64,000 nucleotides of DNA from Actinomycetes bacterium (lineage in GTDB: Bacteria > Actinomycetota > Acidimicrobiia > Acidimicrobiales > Aldehydirespiratoraceae): NCBI GenBank assembly GCA_024276495.1, contig JAJRXC010000073.1:18360-82359 (forward strand). Reading direction: 5' to 3'. Position numbers and translations under genes: made by a program. Below, in pieces: positions 29,540-39,326 of this stretch; within the stretch, counting starts at the first letter, position 1, and the number at the start of each line of letters is the position of its first letter. Below the pieces are notes generated by a model, which was not told the DNA's origin, ran no database searches, and was given only the letters and a program-made list of their open reading frames with translations.

Positions 29540-30679
29540 ATGAGAACCCGTGCCGCCGTGCTCTACGGCGCCAATCAGGAATGGCAGATCAAGGACGTCG
29601 AGCTCGACGCGCCGGGCCGGGGCGAGGTGCTCGTCAAGACCCACGCGGCCGGCTTGTGTCATTCCGACGAACATCTGGTGACCGGCGATCTCGGCACGCC
29701 CGAGGAGCTCGGTGGCTCGTCGTTGTTCCCCGTCATCGGCGGTCACGAGGGATCCGGGGTGGTGATCGAGATCGGCGAAGGGGTCACCGATGTCGAGGTG
29801 GGCGACCATGTGGCCGTCTCCTTCGTCCCCGCGTGCGGGAAGTGCCGATGGTGCGCGTCGGGCCAGCAGAACCTGTGCGACCTCGGTGCCGGCACGCTCG
29901 GTCCCGGCATGGTGACCGACGGCCGCTCGGCGCATCACGGGCCCGACGGCGAGGACATCAACACGATGGCGAAGCTCGGCACCTTCGCCGAGCACATGCT
30001 CCTCAGCCAGGACTCCGTCGTGAAGGTCGATCCCGACATCCCGTTGATGCCCGTCGCCCTCGTGAGCTGTGGCGTCGCGACCGGCTACGGCTCGGCGGTC
30101 AACCGGGCGGAGGTCACCGCGGGCGACACGGTCGTGGTCGTCGGTTGTGGAGGGATCGGCTCGAACGTGCTCCAGGGCGCGAAGGCGGCCGGCGCCAAGA
30201 ACGTGATCGCCGTCGACCCGGCGGAGTTCAAGCGGGAGAAGGCCTCGGTCTTCGGTGCGACCCACACCGCATCGTCGATGGAGGAGGCGATGGAGCTCGT
30301 CGGTGGGCTCACCGCGGGCGTCATGGCCGACAGCGTGATCCTGTCGCCCGGCGTCGTCACCGGTGACCTGATCGCGCCCGCCCAGTTCCTGACCCGCAAG
30401 GGCGGCACGATCGTCGTGACCGGGCTCGCCCCGATGATGCAGATGGACGTGCAGCTCAACCTCTTCGAGTTCGCCATGATGAACAAGCAGATCAAGGGCA
30501 CGATCTTCGGGTCCGACAGCCCCCGTCACGCCGTCCCGCGCCTGCTCGGCATGTACCAGGCCGGTCAGTTGAAGCTCGACGAGTTGGTCACCAGGACCTA
30601 CACCCTCGATCAGATCAACGAGGGCTATCAGGACATGCGCGACGACAAGAACATCCGCGGAATGATCGTCTTCGACTGA
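29540..30679 (+). CDS. NDMA-dependent (mycofactocin-associated) zinc alcohol dehydrogenase, paralogue 1
   Basis: MDR-family motifs AAGLCHSDEH, GGHEGSGVV and GCGGIG. Matches the family that co-occurs with mft genes. GAGGGA RBS before ATG 29540. Confidence 0.88.
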   Translation: MRTRAAVLYGANQEWQIKDVELDAPGRGEVLVKTHAAGLCHSDEHLVTGDLGTPEELGGSSLFPVIGGHEGSGVVIEIGEGVTDVEVGDHVAVSFVPACGKCRWCASGQQNLCDLGAGTLGPGMVTDGRSAHHGPDGEDINTMAKLGTFAEHMLLSQDSVVKVDPDIPLMPVALVSCGVATGYGSAVNRAEVTAGDTVVVVGCGGIGSNVLQGAKAAGAKNVIAVDPAEFKREKASVFGATHTASSMEEAMELVGGLTAGVMADSVILSPGVVTGDLIAPAQFLTRKGGTIVVTGLAPMMQMDVQLNLFEFAMMNKQIKGTIFGSDSPRHAVPRLLGMYQAGQLKLDELVTRTYTLDQINEGYQDMRDDKNIRGMIVFD

Positions 30680-30731
30680 GCCGGCCGGCGGCGGACGCCG
30701 GCGGGAGATCTTGCCAGGGGAGGTTGCAAGG

Positions 30732-30746
30732 CGAACACCTGTTCGA
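30732..30746 (+). promoter_or_regulatory. candidate LexA (SOS) box, cGAACacctGTTCga
   Basis: Matches TCGAAC-N4-GTTCGA at 11 of 12 positions. TAGGAT (TAnnnT) follows immediately, and the HNH gene ATG is 14 nt beyond the box. Confidence 0.6.
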
Positions 30747-30759
30747 TAGGATAGGCTGC

Positions 30760-31977
30760 ATGTTCGGCGAGGTGAAGCGGCTCCTGCGAGACGATGCGGT
30801 GGAGACGTTGCCCCGGTCACTCCTGGCCGATCGCTTCGAGCAGATTCGCGGGTTGCGGGGCGCGATCGACGCCTACGAGGCCCGGCTGATCACGGCCACG
30901 GCCTCGCTCGACGACCGGGGCCTCGACGGCGCGGCCATGTTGCGCAGCGCCGGACGGGTCTCGTCTCGGTCCGCCTCCCAGGCCGCTCGGCGAGCCGAGG
31001 GTCTCGAGCACCTGCCGGCCACACGTGATGCGCTGGCGCAGGGTCGCATCACGGTCGAACACGTCGACTCGATCGTCACGGCCGCGAGGACGGTGTCACC
31101 CGAGCAGGCCGACGGGGAGCTCGTCGAGCGGGCGGCCCAGGCTCCCGCGGATGTGTTCCTCAAGGACTCGCGCGAGTGGGCCACCCGTCACCGCCCCGAC
31201 GACGGGGCCGAGGATCTCGCCACCCAGCGACGCAACCGGTCGGCGGTGAAGTGGGTGCGTCGCGACAACGAGATGCGTGCCTTCTACTCCCAACTCGATC
31301 GGGTCGACGGCGACGCCGTGCACACGTCGCTGCAACGTCGCTACGACGAGTTGCTTCGCGACGACAAGTTTCGCGACGGCGCGCCCGATGATGTTCGCAC
31401 CCCCGAACAACGCATGGCCGACGCCTTCGTGTCGCTGATCACGGGCAACGGCCGGGCCGACCTCGCCGATCGCATGCCGCATCCCCGGTATCACGTCAAC
31501 GTCGTCTACGACATCGCCGAGCAGCGCGGTCCCGATCGGCGACCGCTCGCGTCGCTGGTGGGAGATGGGCGGCCGTTGCCGGCCCCGGTGCTCGAACGAA
31601 TCGCCTGCGACGCGACCGTCACCCCGATGATCTTCGACGGACCCGCACGGCCGCTGTGGCAAGGAACCGACCACCGGGCCGCCACCATCGCCCAGTGGAA
31701 GGCGCTCATCGCACGGGATCGGGGCTGCGTCGGGTGCGGTGCCGCCCCCAACCGCTGTGAGGCCCACCACATCGTGGCCTGGGCCGCCGGCGGCCCAACC
31801 GACATCGACAACCTCGTGCTCGTCTGCAGCCGTTGTCACCACGACCTCCACGACCGACAGATGGTGCTGCGACGGCGCGAAGGGTGTTGGTGCATCGAGA
31901 ACCGGGCCGGGCCCTCACCGCCGCCCGCCACCGACCCGGCCCGCGGACCCGACGACCAGCTGATGCTCGCCGGGTGA
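30760..31977 (+). CDS. DUF222 / HNH endonuclease (REP13E12-like) protein, copy 2
   Basis: HNH motif CEAHHIVAW...[18 protein letters not shown] after a DUF222-like body. Paralogous to 8493..9824. ATG 30760 is preferred because the track start 30724 would cover the SOS box. Confidence 0.85.
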   Translation: MFGEVKRLLRDDAVETLPRSLLADRFEQIRGLRGAIDAYEARLITATASLDDRGLDGAAMLRSAGRVSSRSASQAARRAEGLEHLPATRDALAQGRITVEHVDSIVTAARTVSPEQADGELVERAAQAPADVFLKDSREWATRHRPDDGAEDLATQRRNRSAVKWVRRDNEMRAFYSQLDRVDGDAVHTSLQRRYDELLRDDKFRDGAPDDVRTPEQRMADAFVSLITGNGRADLADRMPHPRYHVNVVYDIAEQRGPDRRPLASLVGDGRPLPAPVLERIACDATVTPMIFDGPARPLWQGTDHRAATIAQWKALIARDRGCVGCGAAPNRCEAHHIVAWAAGGPTDIDNLVLVCSRCHHDLHDRQMVLRRREGCWCIENRAGPSPPPATDPARGPDDQLMLAG

Positions 31978-32042
31978 GGGGCCGGATCCGGCGGTGCACA
32001 CCGGAGCGGGGGATCCGGTGGCGGTCATCTACCCTGGCGCCC

Positions 32043-32993
32043 GTGACCGATTCGTTGATGATCGAGGTCCGTCGCGGGCCGCGCGTCGAGAGCCGCCACC
32101 GGGTCGATGTCGCCGTGGTCGACGATGCCGGTTCGGTCGTCGAGTCGTGGGGTGAGCCGTCGCGTCCGGTCCTTGCCCGGTCCGCCCTCAAGCCCCTGCA
32201 GAGCTCGGCGCTGCTGGTGTCGGGCGCCGCGGCCGCGTCGGGCCTCGGCAACGAACGGCTCGCGATCGCCTGCGCCAGCCACGGCGGGGAACCGGCCCAC
32301 ATCACCGTGGTCGACGGCTGGCTCGCCGATCTCGGGCTCGACCCGGACTCCCTGGAGTGCGGTGCCCACGCCCCGGCGCATCCCCCGAGCGCGGTGGCGC
32401 TCGTTCGCGACGGGGTCGCCTTCGATGCTCGCCACAACAACTGCTCCGGCAAGCACTGCGGGTTTCTCGCCGTGTGCCGCCACCTCGGATTGCCGACCGA
32501 CGGCTACATCGAGCCGGACCATCCCCTCCAACGTGACCAGGTCACACCGGCCGTCGAACACTGGTGTGGGGTCTCCCTCGCCGGACAGAACCCGGGAATC
32601 GACGGCTGTGGCATCCCGGTCCACGCCCTACCGCTCGATCGGTTGGCCCGCGGCTGGGTCGCGCTGAACGACGACCCGACCGGTCGAGCGATGTTCGATG
32701 CCATGATCGCCGAACCGTTCCTGGTCGCCGGAACCGACCGGACCTGCACCCGTCTCCTGCGCGACGGGGGAGGCCGGGTCGTGGTCAAGACCGGAGCCGA
32801 AGGCGTGTACTGCGCCATCGATCGTCACGCCGGGATCGGTGTGGCCCTGAAGGTGCACGACGGCGCGACGCGGGCGAGCGAGGTCGCGATCGAGTGGGTG
32901 CTCGGCAAGCTCGAAGCCCTGCCCGAGCCCGAGCCGCGGGTGCTGCGCAACTGGGCGGGAACCGTGGTCGGGTCGGTACGCGTCGCCGGGTGA
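32043..32993 (+). CDS. asparaginase II-like (PF06089-type) protein
   Basis: IEVRRGPRVESRHRV..., SALKPLQ, CASHGGE and NNCSGKHCGF are the remembered asparaginase-II pattern. Start is GTG 32043 or ATG 32058. Confidence 0.78.
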   Translation: MTDSLMIEVRRGPRVESRHRVDVAVVDDAGSVVESWGEPSRPVLARSALKPLQSSALLVSGAAAASGLGNERLAIACASHGGEPAHITVVDGWLADLGLDPDSLECGAHAPAHPPSAVALVRDGVAFDARHNNCSGKHCGFLAVCRHLGLPTDGYIEPDHPLQRDQVTPAVEHWCGVSLAGQNPGIDGCGIPVHALPLDRLARGWVALNDDPTGRAMFDAMIAEPFLVAGTDRTCTRLLRDGGGRVVVKTGAEGVYCAIDRHAGIGVALKVHDGATRASEVAIEWVLGKLEALPEPEPRVLRNWAGTVVGSVRVAG

Positions 32994-33098
32994 CACCCGC
33001 GGCCGGTGCCGTCCTCGATCGCGGCTCGGACTGTCCCCCGCCGCGGCGGCGCTGGTACGTTCTCGACGTTCACCCACTGCGCGCGAAGGACGAGACTG

Positions 33099-34211
33099 AT
33101 GAAGACCAGGGCAGCAATTCTGCGGGAAGTCGGCGCCGACTGGAGCGTCGAGGAGATCGAGCTCGACGACCCGCAGGCGGGTGAGATCCTAGTGAAGACC
33201 CTCGCCGCGGGCATGTGCCACTCCGACGAACACGCCCACGACGGCACCATGCCCGTTCCCATGCCGCTGGTCGGCGGCCACGAAGGGGCGGGCGAGGTCA
33301 TCGGTCTCGGACCCGGCGTCACCGAGTTCGAGATCGGCGACCACATCTCGTGTTCGTTCATCCCCTCGTGTGGCAAGTGCTCGTTCTGCGCCTCCGGACA
33401 GCAGAACCTCTGCGATCTCGGCATGCACCTGATGGAGCCCGGGATGATGGCCGGCGGTTTCCGTCATCACTCGGCCGCCGGTGAGGATCTCACCCCGCTG
33501 CTGAAGCTCGGAACCTTCGCCGAGCACATGATCCTCAGCGTCGACTCCGCGATCAAGATCCAAGATGACGTCCCGGCGGGACCGGCCGCGTTGGTGAGCT
33601 GTGGCGTCACGACGGGCTACGGCTCCGCGGTCAACCGGGCGGAGGTCACCGCCGGTGACACCGTCGTGGTCGTCGGCTGCGGCGGACTCGGAACCGCGGC
33701 GATCCAGGGCGCGAAGATCGCCGGCGCGCAAAATGTCGTCGCGATCGATCCGTCGGAGTTCAAACGCGAGAGTGCGATCGACTTCGGGGCGACACACTCG
33801 GCCGCATCGATGGAGGAGGCCGTGGAGATGGTCGGCGCCATGACCCTCGGAGTGATGGCCGACAGCGTCATCCTCACCCCCGGTGTGCTCACCGGCGACC
33901 TGATCGCGCCGGCCCAGTTCCTGACCCGCAAGGGCGGCACGATCGTCGCCACCGCGGTCGCCCCCGCCATGCAGATGGACGTGCAGCTCAACCTCTTCGA
34001 GTTCGCGATGATGAACAAGCAGCTCAAGGGGTGCCTGTTCGGCTCGACCTCGCCACGCAAGGAGATCCCCCATCTCCTGTCGATGTACCAGGCCGGTCAA
34101 CTCAAGCTCGACGAGATGATCACCAACACCTACGCCCTCGACCAGGTCAACGAGGGCTACGCCGACATGCTGGCGAACAAGAACATCCGTGGCGTCATCA
34201 CGTTCGACTGA
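33099..34211 (+). CDS. NDMA-dependent (mycofactocin-associated) zinc alcohol dehydrogenase, paralogue 2
   Basis: AAGMCHSDEH, GGHEGAGEV and GCGGLG. The C-terminal half is near-identical to paralogue 1. GAAGGA RBS before ATG 33099. Confidence 0.88.
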   Translation: MKTRAAILREVGADWSVEEIELDDPQAGEILVKTLAAGMCHSDEHAHDGTMPVPMPLVGGHEGAGEVIGLGPGVTEFEIGDHISCSFIPSCGKCSFCASGQQNLCDLGMHLMEPGMMAGGFRHHSAAGEDLTPLLKLGTFAEHMILSVDSAIKIQDDVPAGPAALVSCGVTTGYGSAVNRAEVTAGDTVVVVGCGGLGTAAIQGAKIAGAQNVVAIDPSEFKRESAIDFGATHSAASMEEAVEMVGAMTLGVMADSVILTPGVLTGDLIAPAQFLTRKGGTIVATAVAPAMQMDVQLNLFEFAMMNKQLKGCLFGSTSPRKEIPHLLSMYQAGQLKLDEMITNTYALDQVNEGYADMLANKNIRGVITFD

Positions 34212-34235
34212 TCCGGCCTCCGACTCCCGCCCGCC

Positions 34236-35174
34236 ATGACCTCGCTCGACGATCCCGCCGTCCTCGACGCGCTCGACGACGCCCTCGTCGGGCGGCGCCG
34301 CGAGCTCGAGATGTTGATCGCGGCGCTCGCCGCCGACCGCCATGTCCTGCTCGAAGGCCCGCCCGGCACCGGCAAGTCGACGATGCTGCGCGAAGTGGCC
34401 GTGGCGGCCGGCACCGCGTTCGTGTTCGTCGAGGGCAACGCCGAGCTGACCCCGGCTCGGCTCGCCGGCCAGTTCGATCCGTCGCGGGTGCTCGAGGAGG
34501 GCTACACGCCGGACGTCTTCGTCGACGGGCCGCTGGTCGAGGCGCTCCGCCACGGCGCCCTTCTCTATGTGGAGGAGCTCAACCGGGTGCCCGAGGAGAC
34601 GGTCAACCTCCTCATCACCGTGATGTCGGAGGGGGAGCTCCACCTGCCCCGGATCGGAAAGATCGAAGCAGCCGCGGGTTTCCGGCTCGTCGCTGCGATG
34701 AACCCGTTCGACAACGTGGGGACCACCCGGGTCTCGAGCGCGGTCTACGACCGGATGTGTCGGATCGCGATGGGCTACCAGTCCCGCGACGACGAGGCCG
34801 ACATCGTCGTACGGCGCGCGGTCGCGGTCGACGAGGTCCTTCGCCGCCGGGCCGTGCTCGTCACCCGCGGCACACGTCGTCACGACGAAGTCCGGGTCGG
34901 TTCGTCGGTGCGGGGCGCCATCGACCTGGTCGAGGTCGCGACGCGGCTCGCCGGGATCCGGCGGACCGCGGTGACCGACCCCGACACCGGGCTCGACGCG
35001 GCGCTCGTCGCCCTCTCCGGTCGGATTCGACTCCACGAGGGCGGCGACACGTCACCCGAAGACGTCATCCGGGATCTCTGGAACCAGGTGCTGGCCACCG
35101 AGCAGCCTCAGGACCCCGGCGCAGAACCGGGAAAAGCGACCGCCCCCTCGGGGGCGGATCCGGGACGCCGCTGA
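34236..35174 (+). CDS. MoxR-like AAA+ ATPase
   Basis: Walker A LEGPPGTGKS, Walker B LLYVEELNR, and FRLVAAMNP sensor region. Confidence 0.9.
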   Translation: MTSLDDPAVLDALDDALVGRRRELEMLIAALAADRHVLLEGPPGTGKSTMLREVAVAAGTAFVFVEGNAELTPARLAGQFDPSRVLEEGYTPDVFVDGPLVEALRHGALLYVEELNRVPEETVNLLITVMSEGELHLPRIGKIEAAAGFRLVAAMNPFDNVGTTRVSSAVYDRMCRIAMGYQSRDDEADIVVRRAVAVDEVLRRRAVLVTRGTRRHDEVRVGSSVRGAIDLVEVATRLAGIRRTAVTDPDTGLDAALVALSGRIRLHEGGDTSPEDVIRDLWNQVLATEQPQDPGAEPGKATAPSGADPGRR

Positions 35175-36091
35175 CCCTCGAGGGCGAGGATGCCCGCCAA
35201 GCGCTCGCCGACGAGTCGCGGCGCACCACGCCGAGGGAGCAACTCCGGCGTGACGACGCGTTCGACGACATCTCCCCCGAGGTCGGCCGGATCGACGAAG
35301 ACGCGTTGGCCGAGCTGATCGAGGACGACAGTGAGCACGCGATGGCGCTCCTGGCGGAGATGGCAGCGGCCAGCGATCCGGTGCTGGCCGCCCTCGCCGC
35401 CCGACTCGCCGGACGGCTCGTGCTCGACCTGGCCCGGGTCGGGCCGACCGATCGTCGCGGCATCGGCCGGATCGATTCCTCGCCCGCCGACCGGACCGAT
35501 GGCGACATCGATCTCGATGCCAGCCTCGACGCGCTGGTGCAGGCGCGCGGTGGTCGGGCGGCGGTGGAGGTCGACGAGTTGCGGGTCCGGCACTGGACCC
35601 GACCGACGATGGCGATCACCTTGCTGGTCGACCGCAGCGGTTCGATGAGCGGTGGCCGGCTGGCGACCGCCGCGGTCGCCGCCGCGGCGTGCTCGTGGCG
35701 AGCGCCGGCGGACTGGTCGGTCCTCGCGTTCGCCGACCGACAGCTCGCCCTGAAGTCCCAGGACGACACTCGAACGACGGCGAACGTGGTCGGCGATCTC
35801 CTGCGGCTCCGGGGGCAGGGCACCACCGACCTCGACGGGGCGCTCGTCGCGGCGGCCCGTCAGCTCGAGCGGTCGCGGGCCAAACGGCGGGTGACGATCC
35901 TCATGTCGGACTGTCGGGCGACAGCAGGTGTCGACCCGTTGCGGGCCGCCCGCCGGCTCGACGAGCTGTGCGTGATCGCGCCGGTCGACGACGCCGACGA
36001 TGCCGCCGAGTTCGCTCGTGCGTGCGGGGCTCGATTCGCGACGATCGGCGGCGCGGCCGACATTCCCGGTGCCGTTCTCTCCGTGCTGTGA
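35171..36091 (+). CDS. von Willebrand factor A (VWA) domain protein, MoxR partner; start codon unresolved
   Basis: MIDAS motif DRSGSMSG plus GQGTTDL. The frame is protein-like from the CTG that overlaps the moxR stop (gCTGAcc). The first canonical in-frame starts are TTG 35306 and ATG 35342. Confidence 0.7.
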   Translation: MTLEGEDARQALADESRRTTPREQLRRDDAFDDISPEVGRIDEDALAELIEDDSEHAMALLAEMAAASDPVLAALAARLAGRLVLDLARVGPTDRRGIGRIDSSPADRTDGDIDLDASLDALVQARGGRAAVEVDELRVRHWTRPTMAITLLVDRSGSMSGGRLATAAVAAAACSWRAPADWSVLAFADRQLALKSQDDTRTTANVVGDLLRLRGQGTTDLDGALVAAARQLERSRAKRRVTILMSDCRATAGVDPLRAARRLDELCVIAPVDDADDAAEFARACGARFATIGGAADIPGAVLSVL

Positions 36092-36106
36092 CCACGCAGA
36101 ACGGCG

Positions 36107-37828
36107 TCACGGATCCGATCGGCGGGCGTCGGGCCGGGGGCCTCGCACCAGGCGGCCGGGGCGCTCGCCGGTGAACTCGTCGTCTTCGACGGTGACGACG
36201 CCGCGGCAGATCGTCGCGGCATAGCCGTGGGCCCGTTGCACGTAGCGTTTGGCGCCGGTCGGCAGATCGTCGACGAGGTGGGGGAGCTCGACGCCGAGGG
36301 TGTCGATGTCGATGATGTTCAGGTCGGCCCGTAGGCCCGGCGAGACGCGGCCCCGGTCCCGCAGGCCGTAGAGCTCGGCGGTCTGGCGGGTTTGGCGATG
36401 GACGAGCCACTCGAGCGACAGGTGCTCGCCCCGGACCCGGTCACGACTCCAGAACTGGAGCATGAAGGTGGGCATCCCGCCGTCGGCGATCGTGCCGCAG
36501 TGGGCGCCCGCGTCGGCGAGCCCCATCCGCGTGTGGGGATGGCGATGCAGCTCGAGGAGATGATCGAGGTTGTGGTTCGTGTAGTTGAAGAGCGGGAAGT
36601 AGAGGAGCCCACGTCCGTCGTCGGTCAGGAGCTGGTCGTACGCGATCTCGGCCGGGGAGCGGGAGTCACGGCGGGCCAGTGCCGCGCAGGTCGCCGACGG
36701 ATCGGGTTCGTAGTCGGCCTCTCCGGCGAAGGGGTAGAGCTTGTCCCATGTCCGTGTCACCGAAGTCATGAAGTCGCTCCACACCGCGGGAACCTCGGTG
36801 GTGAGCGCCGTCCGGACGTCGTCGCGCCGGAGGTGGACCAGCCGTTGCGCCTCCGGCAACGCGCCGATCAGGCCCCAGGTCGGACACAACATGAACGGGT
36901 TCACCGTCGCCGACCAGGACTGGAGGATGCCGACCGGGCGACCGGAGACCTGCGCGAGCAGGTTCAGCCCGTCGGCCTGGGCTGCTTCGAGCAGTCGGAG
37001 GTCCTCTCGCCACAGGTCGGGCGCGTAGTCGGGCTGGTTCAGGTTGAAGATGACCGGCAGGGCGGTGGTCGCGGCGACGGCTCGCAGCCACCCGAACGAG
37101 TCGGGGACGTCGGCATGGTGGATCGCGGCCTGGAACACTCCGTGGCCCGCGGCGCGGATCCCCTTCGCGATCGCCATGAGCTCCGCCTCCGACGCGTGGG
37201 TCCCGGGGACGAGCTCGCCGTCGACCGACTTGTGCAGCGGCGTGCGCGACGTGGAGAAGCCGAGCGCACCCGCGGCGAGGGCGTCGCGCACCGAATCCGC
37301 CATCGTGGCGATGTCGTCGTCGGTCGCGGGGCCGATCGCCCGATCCCCCATCACATAGGCCCGCAGGGCGCCGTGAGGGATCTGGGCACCGAGGTCGAGA
37401 ACCCATTCCCGGGCCGCGAGCGCGTCGAGATACTCGGGGAACGTCTCCCAGGCCCACTGGATGCCGTCGGTGAGCGCGGCACCGGGGATGTCCTCGACGC
37501 CCTCCATGAGCTCGATCAGCCACTCGCGCCGGTCGACGGCCGCCGGTGCGAACCCGACACCGCAGTTGCCCATGACCGCGGTGGTTACACCGTGCCACCC
37601 CGACGGCGTCAGCTCCGGATCCCACGTCGCCTGGGCGTCGTAGTGGGTGTGGACGTCGACGAAGCCCGGGGTGACGATCCGGCCGTCGGCATCGAGCTCC
37701 CGTCGGGCCGGGCCCACATCGGATCCCACCGCGACGATGAGGCCGTCGGCGACGGCGACATCACCGTGGACCGCCGCGTCGCCGGAACCATCGATGATCC
37801 GACCGTTTCGTATGACGAGATCGTGCAT
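36107..37828 (-). CDS. D-aminoacylase-like metal-dependent amidohydrolase
   Basis: [16 protein letters not shown]...[16 protein letters not shown]... is the N-acyl-D-amino-acid deacylase family N-terminus. 573 aa. Confidence 0.85.
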   Translation of the reverse strand: MHDLVIRNGRIIDGSGDAAVHGDVAVADGLIVAVGSDVGPARRELDADGRIVTPGFVDVHTHYDAQATWDPELTPSGWHGVTTAVMGNCGVGFAPAAVDRREWLIELMEGVEDIPGAALTDGIQWAWETFPEYLDALAAREWVLDLGAQIPHGALRAYVMGDRAIGPATDDDIATMADSVRDALAAGALGFSTSRTPLHKSVDGELVPGTHASEAELMAIAKGIRAAGHGVFQAAIHHADVPDSFGWLRAVAATTALPVIFNLNQPDYAPDLWREDLRLLEAAQADGLNLLAQVSGRPVGILQSWSATVNPFMLCPTWGLIGALPEAQRLVHLRRDDVRTALTTEVPAVWSDFMTSVTRTWDKLYPFAGEADYEPDPSATCAALARRDSRSPAEIAYDQLLTDDGRGLLYFPLFNYTNHNLDHLLELHRHPHTRMGLADAGAHCGTIADGGMPTFMLQFWSRDRVRGEHLSLEWLVHRQTRQTAELYGLRDRGRVSPGLRADLNIIDIDTLGVELPHLVDDLPTGAKRYVQRAHGYAATICRGVVTVEDDEFTGERPGRLVRGPRPDARRSDP

Positions 37829-37865
37829 GGCCCGGAGCGTAGGTCGATGGCAGGGCTACCGTCTC

Positions 37866-39326
37866 ATGGGTGGACACAGAGTTCGACACGGCAGGGTGAC
37901 CCGGCCGCTTCCTCCCGCGGGGATCGGGATCGTCGCCGACCCCGGCCTGCGTCGCATCGGCGACGGGCGCGTCCTGATCGGGGGGTCGCCGCTGCGGGTC
38001 ATCCGACTGTCGGAGCGGGGAGCCGCCGTGTTCGATACCTGGTCGGCCGGTGCGCCGCTCGCCGACGAGGCCTCGGCCCGGGTTCTCGCCGGCCGGTTGC
38101 TGGATGCCGGGGTCGTGCATCCTGTCGTGCGTCCGCTCGACGACCCGCCGCCGGTGACGGTCATCGTTCCCGTGAAGGACGCGGCCGGTGACCTCGACGG
38201 TCTCCTCGCCGGGGTGGGCCGGCCGACCGTTGTCGTCGATGACGGCTCGGAGGCACCAGACGAGATCGCCACTGTCGCGGCGCGCCATGGCGCCCGGTTG
38301 GTCCGCCGGGAGACGAGCGGTGGGCCTGGCGTGGCGCGCATGACGGGGCTGGCGACGGTCGACACCGAGCTCGTGGTCTTCGTCGATGCCGATGTGACGT
38401 TGCCGGCGGGATGGTGGCCGGCGCTTGCCTCGCACCTGCTCGATGAAGCGGTGGTGGCCGTGGCGCCCCGCGTGGCCAGTGTCGCCGGGCCGTCACTTCG
38501 GGCCCGCTACGAAGAGATCCATTCCCCTCTCGATCTCGGCGCGGTGGCGGCGAACGTCGGGCCCCGCCGGGCCGTCGCCTATGTGCCGAGCGCGGTCCTC
38601 GCGGTACGTCGCGAGGCCGTGGACGCGGTCGATGGGTTCGACCCGGAGCTCCGGGTCGGCGAGGACGTCGACTTGATCTGGCGACTCGTCGACGCTGGTG
38701 GCACGGTGCGCTACGCCCCGGAGGTCGTTGCCCACCATCGGCCCCGCGACGACTGGGCGGGCTGGTTTCGTCAGCGCCGCCGCTACGGCGGTTCGGCCGT
38801 CGACCTCGGAGTGCGGCACGGCGCGACGGTCGCGCCGGCCCGCTGTTCCCGATGGAGCCTCCTGGCGTGGGGGTTGGCCGTCGGGCGCCGCCCGGCGGCC
38901 GGGCTCGCCGTCGCCGCGGCGTCGTCGGTGGCTCTGATTCCGAAGCTCGACGGCGTTCCCGCGGCGCCACGGGAGGCCCTTCGGCTTGCCGGGCGAGGTC
39001 AGCTGCAGGCTGGGCGGGGACTGGCCCGGGCCCTCTCACGGGTCTGGTGGCCCCTCGCGATCCCCGCCGCGATCGGGTGCCGTCGCCTCCGAGCCGGCGT
39101 CGTCCTCGCGATGTTCGTGCCCGCTGTGGACGGGTGGCGGCGAGGTGCCCGACCGGCCGGTCTGCTCCGATCCGTCCTCCTGCGGGTCTTCGACGACATG
39201 GCGTACGGCGTGGGGGTCTGGGAACAGGTGATCCGTCGAGGAGACGCCCGGGCTCTGATCCCGGACGTGACCGAGTGGCCCGGGAGGCGCACGGTGGTCG
39301 AGGGGGATACGGTCCCGGGATCATGA
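37866..39326 (+). CDS. mftF: mycofactocin glycosyltransferase MftF
   Basis: The N-terminal DPGLRRIGDGRVLIGGSPLRVIRLSERGA segment, a GT2 core (VTVIVPVKD, VFVDADV, GEDVDLIWR) and the C-terminal membrane region match the MftF architecture. The start is uncertain (ATG 37866 or GTG 37896). The track start 37647 lies inside the divergent gene. Confidence 0.8.
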   Translation: MGGHRVRHGRVTRPLPPAGIGIVADPGLRRIGDGRVLIGGSPLRVIRLSERGAAVFDTWSAGAPLADEASARVLAGRLLDAGVVHPVVRPLDDPPPVTVIVPVKDAAGDLDGLLAGVGRPTVVVDDGSEAPDEIATVAARHGARLVRRETSGGPGVARMTGLATVDTELVVFVDADVTLPAGWWPALASHLLDEAVVAVAPRVASVAGPSLRARYEEIHSPLDLGAVAANVGPRRAVAYVPSAVLAVRREAVDAVDGFDPELRVGEDVDLIWRLVDAGGTVRYAPEVVAHHRPRDDWAGWFRQRRRYGGSAVDLGVRHGATVAPARCSRWSLLAWGLAVGRRPAAGLAVAAASSVALIPKLDGVPAAPREALRLAGRGQLQAGRGLARALSRVWWPLAIPAAIGCRRLRAGVVLAMFVPAVDGWRRGARPAGLLRSVLLRVFDDMAYGVGVWEQVIRRGDARALIPDVTEWPGRRTVVEGDTVPGS

